This document shows positions 11,965 to 22,670 of a stretch of 36,747 nucleotides of DNA, one piece after another. Source of the DNA: Trichosphaerium sp. ATCC 40318 (taxonomy: Eukaryota; Protista; Tubulinea); assembly GCA_038496445.1 (NCBI GenBank), contig JALMLS010000604.1:1-36747 (forward strand), in the 5' to 3' direction. Under the pieces are notes generated by a model, which was given only the letters and a program-made list of their open reading frames with translations, searched no databases and was not told the DNA's origin. Position numbers and translations under genes: made by a program. Every line of letters starts with the position of its first letter. The first letter of the stretch is position 1.

Positions 11965-12237
11965 ATACATAGGAATCGAAATAATGATGCCCGGTTCGTG
12001 CTGAGACAAGTCCGGCGTTGTAAGCTTCTTTTTAATGTCACGTGTACAAAATCACATTCATTCAGTAATAAATTGACATAGTCGGAATACACTGTAAAGA
12101 GCGTAGTTGCTTGTTATTAAAGTGTTAAACTATGAAGAGGCACTAACCCGGGTCAAACGTGGAACGTACTTAACGTTTATTAATAAAATAAAATAAACCC
12201 ACATAGAAAACTGCAGTAAAGCATTCTCTCCGCGCCA

Positions 12238-13182
12238 ATGAGTACTAAAGTGGATATATTGCTTCAAGCGCTAGTACAAGAGCTAGAAGAGCAAAAAAGG
12301 GACCTTGAGGATAAATCAACTTACTTGGAAGAAGCCATAGCGCAGTTAGATGACGAGAGACAAAGGATATCGCAGATAGCTAGGTCTTCGGACCTTATAA
12401 AGCTAAATGTAGGCGGAACACTTATGACAACGACTAGACGCACTCTGCGCCAAGTAAAAGGATCTTTACTTGATGTAATGTTTAACGGGCGATGGGAGGA
12501 GCAGCACGTTTTGGATGAAAATGGTCACGTGTTTTTGGATTTTAGCCCAACTTTTTTCGAGATTATTTTGGACTCATTAAGAGAAATGTCTATTTCGAAT
12601 TCAAATGTACCGAAGGCTGTTGTGAAGTTAAGTAGAGAAAACAGGAGATTTGCTGTACTTGCAAATTACCTCGGGTTAGTATCAACTACAGAGACAGTTG
12701 TTGATGACACTTTTGGCAAAACAACATCAATGGATACTAAGAATGGTGTTTTACATCACAAAGGAGTAAGGCTTGGTACAGCAATAGGAGAAATAGGATT
12801 TGATGAAGGAATTGTTGAATGGACTATAGAGATTATGTTCATAGGAGGTATGATGATGCTTGGTGTGTTAGGTGACTGTGATACCCATGGAGCCATTCGC
12901 AACTCTCATGGATTCCAGACAAATTATGCTTGGACATCTAGAAGCCAGTACATTAGAGGTCAGTACGTCAAGATCGATAAATTTGATAACTTCGTTACTG
13001 GTGATACAGTGAGAATTGTTCTTGATTGCTACAAATCAACACTTACTCTACACAACTCACGTCATATTCGCATGGAACCACCTGTCATCAAATTAACTTC
13101 AGGAAAAACTTGGCATCTCCACGCACACTTTGCTACTGGGGCTTCTTCAATAAAATTGGTAAAGACTGAACACTCATATTAA
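12238..13182 (+). CDS. KCTD/T1-type BTB protein with N-terminal coiled coil and C-terminal SPRY/B30.2-like beta-sandwich; intronless
   Basis: 314-aa ORF with IKLNVGGTLMTTTRRTL..GSLLDVMFNGRW..DENGHVFLDFSPTFFEIILDSLR. The C-terminus has GIVEWTIEI..MMLGV..GDTVRIVLDCYKSTLTL. Confidence 0.9.
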   Translation: MSTKVDILLQALVQELEEQKRDLEDKSTYLEEAIAQLDDERQRISQIARSSDLIKLNVGGTLMTTTRRTLRQVKGSLLDVMFNGRWEEQHVLDENGHVFLDFSPTFFEIILDSLREMSISNSNVPKAVVKLSRENRRFAVLANYLGLVSTTETVVDDTFGKTTSMDTKNGVLHHKGVRLGTAIGEIGFDEGIVEWTIEIMFIGGMMMLGVLGDCDTHGAIRNSHGFQTNYAWTSRSQYIRGQYVKIDKFDNFVTGDTVRIVLDCYKSTLTLHNSRHIRMEPPVIKLTSGKTWHLHAHFATGASSIKLVKTEHSY

Positions 13183-13518
13183 ATACTACATCATTGAAAT
13201 GGTGGTACATTAGTAAGTAGGGTAGGTATTTCAGTAAGCAGAAAAAAATAACTTAGAGAAAAACAATAAAACTGAGTTTCTATCATCACGTGGTAGTTAC
13301 CTACACATGGTCTATCAACTTTAATGCGGCAAATCCTTCCGTAATACAAGGGTTTTAGCCTTGTTTCAAAAAAATGGTTTAGAAGAGAAATTGATCTTTT
13401 TACTCGACTTGTCAAAAAAGGCTTGAGACTGATATTGACCTTCATACCCAACACGCTAGGCAAGGCGTTTCTATTCACAATTACAAGTGTATTTGACAAG
13501 TCGCCTCGAAAGCGCACC

Positions 13519-15504
13519 ATGGAGGCCGTTGAGGCCTCGTTACAAACAGTGTTCAAAAAACAGAAGCTTATGCATACCACAAAAGAGTCTGTGGCGATGT
13601 GGCTTGAGGATTGCAAAAAGTACAGAACGTTATTAGGCACAGGTACTGTTATTTGTACCATAGCTGTACGTGACGAGGTACTAGAGAACGTAAAAGATCC
13701 TAGACAGTTAGTAATCAACTCTATAAACGGTATGAGTAAAAGCGTTACGAGCGAAACAAGGAAACAGTTTTCAAAGGGTAAGTATACAATCTAAAGAGGC
13801 GTAGAAGTAACGCTAGCCTTTTTTTAAATATAAATTAAGTAGAATTTGCGCAACGCTCTTCAAAATAGATTAGTTACTGTTTACTTTATTTATTGAGGCG
13901 TAAAAAACCATAATCAGACCTTTTCTTTCCACCTAGAAACGTTTTTTTTGTAACCGAATTACAAAAAACATGTTTTTCTCAGTCTAGCGTGGATTAACAA
14001 TACTAAACTCCTGTAGGCCATAAAGAATTACATGTAGCCATCAACAAGCTTGGTAAATCAATCGATGAGGTAAACCACGAACGTAATTCTACGTTAAAAA
14101 AGTTGATATGTGCCTATGTCTCACATTGTTACTTTAAAAGGGGTTTGAAACAGACATCTTTAGAGCTTCTAGGGGCGTTAAGTTTCCAAAGCCGTTATTG
14201 AACAAAGCAATAGCGCATCACCTCTGTAGGGAGGGTATGGTAGACCTGGGCACTCAGTTCTTAAAGGTATGCGCCTAGAAGCGCTACTGTGATCACCGTT
14301 AGGAGATTTCGCCATTTTGATTAAAACTAAAACGGCTCTTTCGGTCAAGGCGCTTGAACTCACTTTTATTCTCTAGGAGTCCAACACAGAGATCCCAGAT
14401 GATATGAAGAAACCCTTTATTGATTTACATAGAATAATGGCTGGACTGAAACAAAGAAACTTACAACCTGCAATCGAGTACGAATTCAATTTTTGAACTT
14501 TTTTTTTCTTGAAGTTTTCTGAAAAGATTTCAGTTTTTGAGGTTTGTTTGTAACTCAAAAGCATCAAACTGTATTTTTATATGTTCTCTATAATAATGTC
14601 AATCAAGGTGGGCTGCACAAAATCGTGAAAACCTTGAGGAAAGTGGTATTGAGTTCGATTTTCACAAACTTCAATTTTTGAAGCTTTTGAGCGGTCAAGG
14701 TGGTGAAGCGTTGGTTTATGCAAGAAACCACTTTCATGTATTCAAAGAAAATCACATGAATGAAATAAGGTAGGAAATATTAAACATGGTTCACGTGGGA
14801 CTCACTTAAAAAAAGGCAACTGATGGGTGCTATGGTTTTCCAATTTAATTTTGAAGACTCACCTTACGTTAAGTTACTCGGACCCTCAGTAAGTTTTTTG
14901 TTATCTTAAATTATTACTGACGTGCTTAGGTGTGGTCAGAAACATGTACAAAATTTAGTAGAGTATATTGTAAGATGCTTGGATTAGCCGAACATTCTCC
15001 ACTTTACACTTGGTATGGCTTGTTGCATGTTTGTTTATCGCGTTTTTTTTGGTGTTTGTCTCTAATTCTGAGTAGTATTACTTCTGGCACAATTGCCCTA
15101 CCTCAACTACTAAAGGCAGCAGAAAAGTCAGGATCATTGGGCGCACACACGTGGATCAAATCTGATAGACTTCCAGTTGAGTAAACATAGTAACGCTTTG
15201 CTTTTAACTCTTTTTTTAGGTTCCCGTTCAAGGTCTGGGTGAGTATGGGAAATATCACTCTATATTTGCTTGCCCTGTTGCAAGGGAGCAAACAACGCCA
15301 TCTAATCCACCTATGCGTATACCTTGTGGTCATGTTATTTCAAAAGAGAGTCTAAAACGAATTACTGATAGAGATAACAGGTACCAGCTCCATTTCATTT
15401 CCTCTCTATTACTGTATGGATTATTAATTTTATTCGTTAGGTTCAAATGTCCATATTGTCCTAATATCGGGCATCCTAGTGATGCTCAGCAAGTGTACTT
15501 TTAG
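13519..15504 (+). CDS. RMND5: RMND5/Gid2 E3 ligase subunit of the CTLH/GID complex
   Basis: HKELHVAINKLGKSID, LisH (LLNKAIAHHLCREG), CTLH (NLQPAIEWA..EFDFHKLQFL), CRA (ALVYARNHF..EIRQLMGAM..GTIALPQLLK) and the degenerate RING YHSIFACPV..NPPMRIPCGHVISKESL..FKCPYCP-TAG. Confidence 0.95.
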
Positions 15505-15893
15505 TGTGAAAACAAATGTCAATAAAAAAAACCAGAAATTATGCAAGTTCGAATATCTTTTATAACTAGTAAGTAATTAGGCTTAAAGAGAATAGTCTGA
15601 TATAAATAATAAGAAGAGCTATTAGTTTATGCTTAGTCTTAAGCACATTGTCATCTAGAAGCTAATTGTCTAAAAATGGATGAATCTGTTCTATTCTTGA
15701 AAAATTCATATCTTTACAGAATGTAATGTAATTCGCACAAGTTCCGTGTATTGTTTTATGTACAATATACACGACATCAATGTGCTATTGATAGCCATTA
15801 AAATGTTGTCTTTCCTCCCAAACAATCACGTATTAGTTGTCTAGCTGGCGCAACGGTTATTCTAACGTATGTCAATTAAAAAAGTTGTTTATT

Positions 15894-16514
15894 TCAGTCA
15901 GCTGAAAATTGATCTAGTGGTGCTTGGACTTGTTTGTTATTTTTATAATTACAACGTGTTGCCAATTGACCGTCATCATACCACGAACTATACTCTCCTT
16001 CCAGTTTATCACTTACATAGTTACACTGTAAATTCAACTGTCCACTTTCAAACCAAGACATGTGCTCACCTTCTAGTTTACCATTGACATATTGACTTTT
16101 TTCGTAAAGTTGGCCAGTGTTATACCAACACCTATACTCTCCTTCTATTTTATCATCGACTTGATAACACTGCATAAATAACTTTCCATTATCATGCCAA
16201 CGTTTACATTCTCCATTACGCTTGCCATGAACCCAGGAATACTGACTAACAACAATGACTTTTGAACAAGTTTTTTTTTCTACATAAGAATCTTGCTGTT
16301 CGACTTGTTCAGTTGTTTGGCTATTGTAGTTCTTTATCTGAAGCCATTTTCCATGTCTTTTAAGCTCTACATCATACCTAGTATTCATTGCAGCCCTTTT
16401 TGATAGTAGTGGCCACTTTAGATACATTTCAAAGTCTAAATCAATTATATCAAGTTGTATCTCAACAGGAAGGCGTAATATGTAACTTTCGGTATCTGAT
16501 TGTCGTGATTTCAT
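15894..16514 (-). CDS. F-box-like + MORN-variant repeat protein; intronless
   Basis: 206-aa ORF with ILRLPVEIQLDIIDLD..LLSKR, then four ~24-aa repeats of the form G(E)xxxW(H/Y/F)xxG(K/Q)LxxxxxYVxxKLEG. Confidence 0.9.
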   Translation of the reverse strand: MKSRQSDTESYILRLPVEIQLDIIDLDFEMYLKWPLLSKRAAMNTRYDVELKRHGKWLQIKNYNSQTTEQVEQQDSYVEKKTCSKVIVVSQYSWVHGKRNGECKRWHDNGKLFMQCYQVDDKIEGEYRCWYNTGQLYEKSQYVNGKLEGEHMSWFESGQLNLQCNYVSDKLEGEYSSWYDDGQLATRCNYKNNKQVQAPLDQFSAD

Positions 16515-16930
16515 GTTATTACACTAGTTTGTGTCAGTAGAGGCAGTAAAAACGCATTGTTCAGTGTGTACGTTCTGAAGTGATGCCATACAAGGCGCTA
16601 TTCAAGACAAATTTGCAACGAAAACTGTTGTATTCATTGGGAACATTACATTAGATGGCTTAAGTCTTCTTTCACAGAAATTCAGTCCTGACCACGTGAA
16701 CGAATAGTACCAACGACAAATATTTCTTAACGAAATTGTAAATCCAACAGTATTCGTGCGAGTGGCCTACTACATAGCACAATGCCAGTCTCGCATTTTG
16801 CAACAATGTATTTTTAGTAAGTCTACTTTTCTACCTGAGATAGGACTACAGCGAAATGAAGCTCTAATAATTGTACAGAATACATGGAAACTGAAGTCAT
16901 ATAAAACAAAACTCTTAATTGTATTTGTTT

Positions 16931-17920
16931 TTAGAAATAAATATAGTCGCTATGCGACACATGTACATTGTTTTGATGTACTAATATTTGTGTACATACT
17001 GTACCATTACTAATGTTATAAGTATAGCTACAAAAGAGCCAAGTAGAGCACTACCAGTAGCCCATAGCTATCAAGAATTAATAAGAATAAACCAGGAAAA
17101 CGTGTTAAAGAAAACAATGTATTAGTGCGTACAGGCCAACAACAAGATGTCACTAATGCCCCACCTGGAAGAGTCTCATCTTGAATACTCGTAAATCCTG
17201 TGGCAAAGTATACTACAAAGCCAAGAAATCCGAGTAGCCTAGAATAAAAATGAGAGAGGAAAAACTCATCAAACAAACCGCTTCAAACTTGCTTACCCAG
17301 CACAAAGGGAGCAATATTTTATCGCTCTGGATAAGCGAAAACTACCTTTTTCGCTTGCACGTATAAAAGAAAGAACAGTGGTAACACATAGAAGCAAAAA
17401 AGCAAGCTTTGACAAAAGTTAAGCCAAAGTATTTTTGTGTTTTATCTTACCGCGTTGAATACAAACGCTACAATACCACCAATACCAGCTAAATGGTTGG
17501 TTGTTAGTATTTAAAGATAAAATGAGTTTAATTGCGTTAAAATGGAAGTTTTGTACCTATGAGGCTGAAATCCAGTAGAGTCCTTTCCTTAGTGGTTAGA
17601 GATCCACTCGTGGTATTCCCTTGAGTGACCTTCTCGTTTTGTTAGAACACAAACTTACTTAAATTGCTTTCTTACGTCTATTTCGAACCGTAACCATCCA
17701 ACTAAGCAAAACTATCAATAAATAATAATGGTTTACAAAAAACTAACCTTGGGCGCTGCCAACATCTGTGCCTACGCCTAACCATCCTTACAGGCGTTAG
17801 TAAGCACTATTTAAAAGAAGCAATACCCGATTGCCAAAAGCAAAGCGATAAGGCGAATAATAATAGCCCTATAACAGAGCAAACACCTGTGGTACAATGC
17901 GCAGCTGTTTCTTTACTCAT
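16931..17920 (-). CDS. Four-TM claudin/PMP22-like membrane protein (multi-exon)
   Basis: Spliced: TM1 VIGLLLFALSLCFW, then GWLGV..QVGWLRF, TM2 IGGIVAFVFNALAFLLLCV, TM3 AGLLGFLGFVVYF and TM4 LWATGSALLGSFVAILITLV. The last exon (HDYIYF-stop) is tentative. Confidence 0.6.
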
Positions 17921-18077
17921 TGTATTACAATTTAAAGTTAAGCAAACAGTCCACCTAAAGAGGAAGGTACAAGAAGAGCTCGCAATGCAGTTGGCTGAAT
18001 ATAGCACTAGCTACGAATTCGTGAACACTGTAGTTAAGTTAAGCATTTTGGAAGGGTCTTTGTAATACGCAGCTACA

Positions 18078-19302
18078 ATGGAAGCACCTATTCAAGAGTT
18101 ACCTCCTGAGGTGCTTTATCATATATTGCTTGATGTACCAAAACGTGCTATACAGAGATGTCTCCTAGTATCCAAGTTTATGCATTATTTCATTGCCACA
18201 ACTCCTGAGTGGCGTGTACGAATACGTTTAGTTAAAATTGTTAACTTACAATTAAACAGTTCCCAGCGCGTATTCATGCAGTGCCTCCGGGCTTCCACGT
18301 ACGAGATATAGCGATTACTAGCAGGAAAGAGGTAAACCGAATAATACACGCCGTTACAACTGGCCAAAAAAAAAAAACCGTTGCAGCGCCCATGGATGTA
18401 GTGTACTTACTTGTGTGTTGTAGATATTAGTCTTATTTTACGAAACACAGCATGTCCATTTCTACAGTGTACGATTCCAACGTCTCACAAAGATAAAGCT
18501 CGACAGTCGATACAACACGTTTGTCAGACCTTCAGCAATCGCTGTTGATCATAATGACGATATTTGGTTGATAGATGATACAGGATTCTGGAAACTGTCA
18601 AAACCAAAATCTGCTACTTTAAGTCATCCACATACAAAACAAAGAGTTCTCATTGGAGAAGGTGGTCAATGGAGTGATAGTGCACAAATGACAAATGATG
18701 GTGAGGGTAACATATATTACACAAAGTTGAACAGATTGAAATGTATAAAACGTGGCACAGGTCATCCAGAGTTTATTCATTCACTTCATCGCGAACAAGT
18801 TGTACCTTTCACAATTGACTCTGAGTCACGAGTCTTTCTCTTGAATGCAAGACGACAAGTCGTTGAGCTTTTGACTCCTAAAGGTCCTGTAGATCATACA
18901 AAGCTTGTAGGGACAGTGACAAATTCAATAGCAGGTCCGTCTTGGACTGTATTTGATATCAGTTTTTCTTAAAATAGTTTTTTTGTAGTGGATGGCGATG
19001 GCTATTTTTATACTTGTGAGCTTTTTAAGGGTATACGTAAGGTAAAGGACAATTGGAATGCTATCATACCGCAAACTCCGCGTAGTGTTATAAAAGTAGT
19101 TTACCACCGTGGCATGTTGTACGCAACTTTTGATGTTTTTTCAGAAAATAAAGAAAAATTACAATCAGAAAAAGCTAACTATAGCAGGTACATCGTAGAT
19201 TCTACTTGGGAAAGAAATAACAGGCATCAGGGAACAAAAGGAGATGGTTTGTATGTACTAAGGCTTAATGACACTGGATATTTTGAATCGGTAGTGACGT
19301 GA
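18078..19302 (+). CDS. F-box + NHL-like beta-propeller protein
   Basis: IQELPPEVLYHILLDVPKRAIQRCLLVSKFMH (F-box), then blades VRDIAITSRKEILV, RPSAIAVDHNDDIWL, MTNDGEGNIYY, FTIDSESRVFL and DGDGYFY. Confidence 0.85.
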
Positions 19303-19609
19303 TAATATGGAGGAGATATTTAGGAAGTACCAGATACTAAAACTGCAGAATTTTCTTCACTGTGTAAAGTAGAATTGTTGAAGGGTTTTTTTTGGCTCGA
19401 AGTTTTTTTTAGACGCAATCGACCTTTTATCTGTGTACTCTGTGCGTGAATCTACCGACATATGGCAACATTAGTATCAGAAGGGAGTACACCAAACATT
19501 CGGTCTGTTATTTTCCAAATCGATTCCCTAGCAATCAAAAGGGCGCGTGTAGGTTGTTTTTTGTTTAATAAACTAGAGACGTGCTTCTCAGTTCACGGTG
19601 AAATCAAAA

Positions 19610-22284
19610 ATGACGAAATTTCTAAAAAGCCATTTTTACGCACTCCACACAGCCTCAACATCCGCGGTAATCACCTTAATAAATTACAATGAGCGTGAGC
19701 ACAACAGACGTGCTACCGCTTTTTCGCCAGAGCACTCACCAAACCATGAAACCTCAATGGCCTTTGATCTTCAAACTTGTCGACCTAGTGATAGCAGATA
19801 CAAGGCGAGGGTACGTTATAGCTTTAGGAATCATTTGGCTGTATTTTTATCTTCGTTTGGCCGACGGTTTACATTTCTTTAAAACCGCGTTATAGAGCAC
19901 TTTGTTGCTTCTATAAAATAACTTTTCGTCTAACGCACAATTGTCATGGCTAATTATCATCTAAGAGCTGCTTTACTTGTACCACATATACAAAAGCAAC
20001 TAAAAGACAAGGATCCCGTATGCGTTTTCTTAACTCTATGTGTACGTTTCTCAGCTTTAATTTTTTATTACGAAACGCATTTAAACAACTCAGTCCTGAA
20101 GTACCCCTAAAAACCCCAAAAAAACATTTTGTGTTTTGGGTGAACCAAGTTTTTTTGTTGAACTTCGTTATCTACAAAAGTCACTAACACGAATTCTGTT
20201 AGGTTTTAGAAGCATGTATGAAGTACTGTGGCTCACCATTTCACGAGTTTGTTGCTCACCCGATATTCATGAAAGAAATGAAGAGCCTTGTTAAAAAGCG
20301 TTATACAAAGCGTAAGAGCGCTTTGAATGGTAAAGCGAACTTTAAAAATCTAATTGGACAGAAAGCAGCTCGATTGGTGCGTTTTTTTATTTTTTTTATT
20401 TTTTACTCATAGCGTGATATGTTGTTTGCTTTTAAAGTACTTCGTTGCTTATTTATACGGTAGATACGTCAATGGGGTGTTGGTTACCACGAGAAAAAAT
20501 TAAAATACAGAACATTCTACACAACGTACATGCAATTACTCAGAAAGGTACGTCATCGAAAACTACACTTGTTTTTGTTACCTTGACATTATTATATCCG
20601 CTGTAAAACCCTTTCTTGGCTTTTTTTTTTGTATTTTTTTTTCGCAATCCCAGAATTTCTGTTTTGTAACTCTTATGTTATTAGAATATTCAATTTCCTT
20701 ATGGAGAGGATGACAGTGTACCAGAGAAACCTGACGGTGGCAATTACGATAAAGTAGAGTCTAAAAAGAAGACAGGCAAAAAGAAGGGTACGTATCTTTA
20801 ACAAGGGTTTTTTTTTCGCATTTTCTTACGTTAATCAAGGTAAAGTGCCATTGCGTGTGAAAACTGAAGTATCAGAATCCCGTGAAGCTATTAAACGACT
20901 CAGAGAGGTCTTTAAAGGTGTCACATCTACACAGCAAGCAAGAAACAGCGATATTGTGCGTATTAACGAGAAAAAAACCAGCTGGTTTTTTGTTTATTAT
21001 TTTCTCGTGCGCGTGGTGGTTTACTTATGTTTGTAGGCAAACAATATTGCTGCTAGGCTTGTAAAGAAGCAGGAAACAATGACCACTCTTGTTAATGAAT
21101 TTATGGGTAATGAAGTCGCTTTGGATTTGTTGTTAAACGTTAATGGCGAGATCTCTGGTGTACGATATAACAAAACTTTTTTTTGGAGTTTGTTGTTTTT
21201 TGGAGCGCTTACGCGTTATAGGCCTTGGCATTTTATAAAAAGAAGAGAGGTGAGAGTGTAGAAGATGACGCTAGTGATACTAGTGAAGTGTCAGATGTTG
21301 ATGAAGAGAGTGTATGTATTTTTGCAATTTTTTTTTCTTCTGTTTATTTCGTTTGTTTGCGTTCTTATTTGGTTGTTTAGGTTCGTGAAGGCGAGTTTGA
21401 TGCTTTACACAACTCTCGTGCTAAGAGAAGACAACAAAACAATCCGTTATCTAATCAACAAGCATCAAAGGGCCAAAGAAAACGTAAACCTAAAAAATCC
21501 GCTGCTGGTCCTGCAGCAATGAATCCATTTGATATGTTCAATACTGCACCTACACCAAGTACCACTACTGGATCTAGCCTATTAATGGATATGAATCCAC
21601 TTCAACCAAGACCTATTACAAACAGAGTACCAGTTGCCAACCCTCAAGTACGCGTGGTTGTTAAATGAAGTTGACTCGATGCTTTTTATTTTTTTGACGT
21701 TTGCCGTTCAGCTGATTTATTCTTTTTTTTAGCAACCTAGTCTTAATGCTACGCCATTCTTACCTACTCAACCTAATGGAAATCAACCACCTATTAATAC
21801 ACAATTGCACCATACAAATGTTCCTAATGTTGCTGGTCATAACCAACAACAACAAAGACCTCCAAAGAATTTCAACTTTTCTATTACTCATGGTAACGTA
21901 TTTAATACGAATCCTACACCAGCTCAGAGACAACAATTCCAGCAACAACAGCAATTTCAACAACACCAACAGTTCCAACAACAGTTTGGTGGTCAACAAC
22001 CTTTTATGACGTCACAACCTTTCCAACCTCAGTTCGGTTCTCAACCTGTTGCTGTACCACAATCTCAATTCGGTAATGGTCAAATGTACAGTCAACAACC
22101 TCAACAACGCCCAAGACCACCAATGCTCGCAAAAGCCTCGGTAAGTCAAAAAAAAGTCATCAGTTTTCTTTAGCTTACTCTTTTTTTGTAGAATAACTGG
22201 TCATCTTCTCCTGCTGTTCCTACTGTAGGTAGTGCTCCAGCTGCAACAAAGAATGATTTATTTGGAGACTTGAATCCTTTTTAA
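19610..22284 (+). CDS. TOM1: TOM1/TOL-like VHS-GAT endosomal ubiquitin adaptor
   Basis: VHS: PQWPLIFKLVDLV..HIQKQLKDKDPVCVFLTLCVLEACMKYCGSPFHEFV. GAT-like: LVNEFMGNEVALDLLLNVNGEI. A Q/P-rich tail ends DLFGDLNPF-TAA. Confidence 0.85.
21925..21985 (+). repeat. Imperfect CAA/CAG-rich repeat encoding (QQF/QQQQQF)n
   Basis: caacaattccagcaacaacagcaatttcaacaacaccaacagttccaacaacagttt inside the TOM1-like tail. Confidence 0.8.
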
Positions 22285-22670
22285 GTGGTCATGATGGAGT
22301 TTCAAAAAAAAACCAAAAACAAAACAAGAAAAAGACGTACTGAGCCCATCACAACTATTTATTTCAATGTGAAAAAGAAACCTTGAAAATATCCATAAAA
22401 TCCAAAAAAAACACCCATTAAAAATTGTAAAAAGAAGGTGGAGATGGTATGTCACAAGAAAGTACAAAAAATAAATTTATTTCAAGAATTGGTTTTCGTA
22501 TTGTATCCATTTATATCAATATTGAACACGTACGTAAGCATGTGGCGACACTGATGACACTGTGGTTATAGAAGCTCGAACAAAGACAAACAGTTGTTAA
22601 ATTTTGACTTTTTTTTTCTTCTTTACTTTTGTTGCTTTGTGTTTAACACCGCACGTGTACAAGGTTAAAA

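Noticed and set aside
13191-13718. 175-aa minus-strand ORF
   Set aside because: Overlaps RMND5 exon 1 in antisense and has no recognisable motifs.
12238-16514. A contiguous endogenous giant-virus insertion covering both intronless genes
   Set aside because: They are separated by intron-rich, typically eukaryotic RMND5, and no capsid, polymerase, packaging ATPase or integrase was seen.
21746-22009. Alternative-frame and antisense Leu/Asn-rich ORFs
   Set aside because: By-products of the CAA-rich repeat in the TOM1-like tail.
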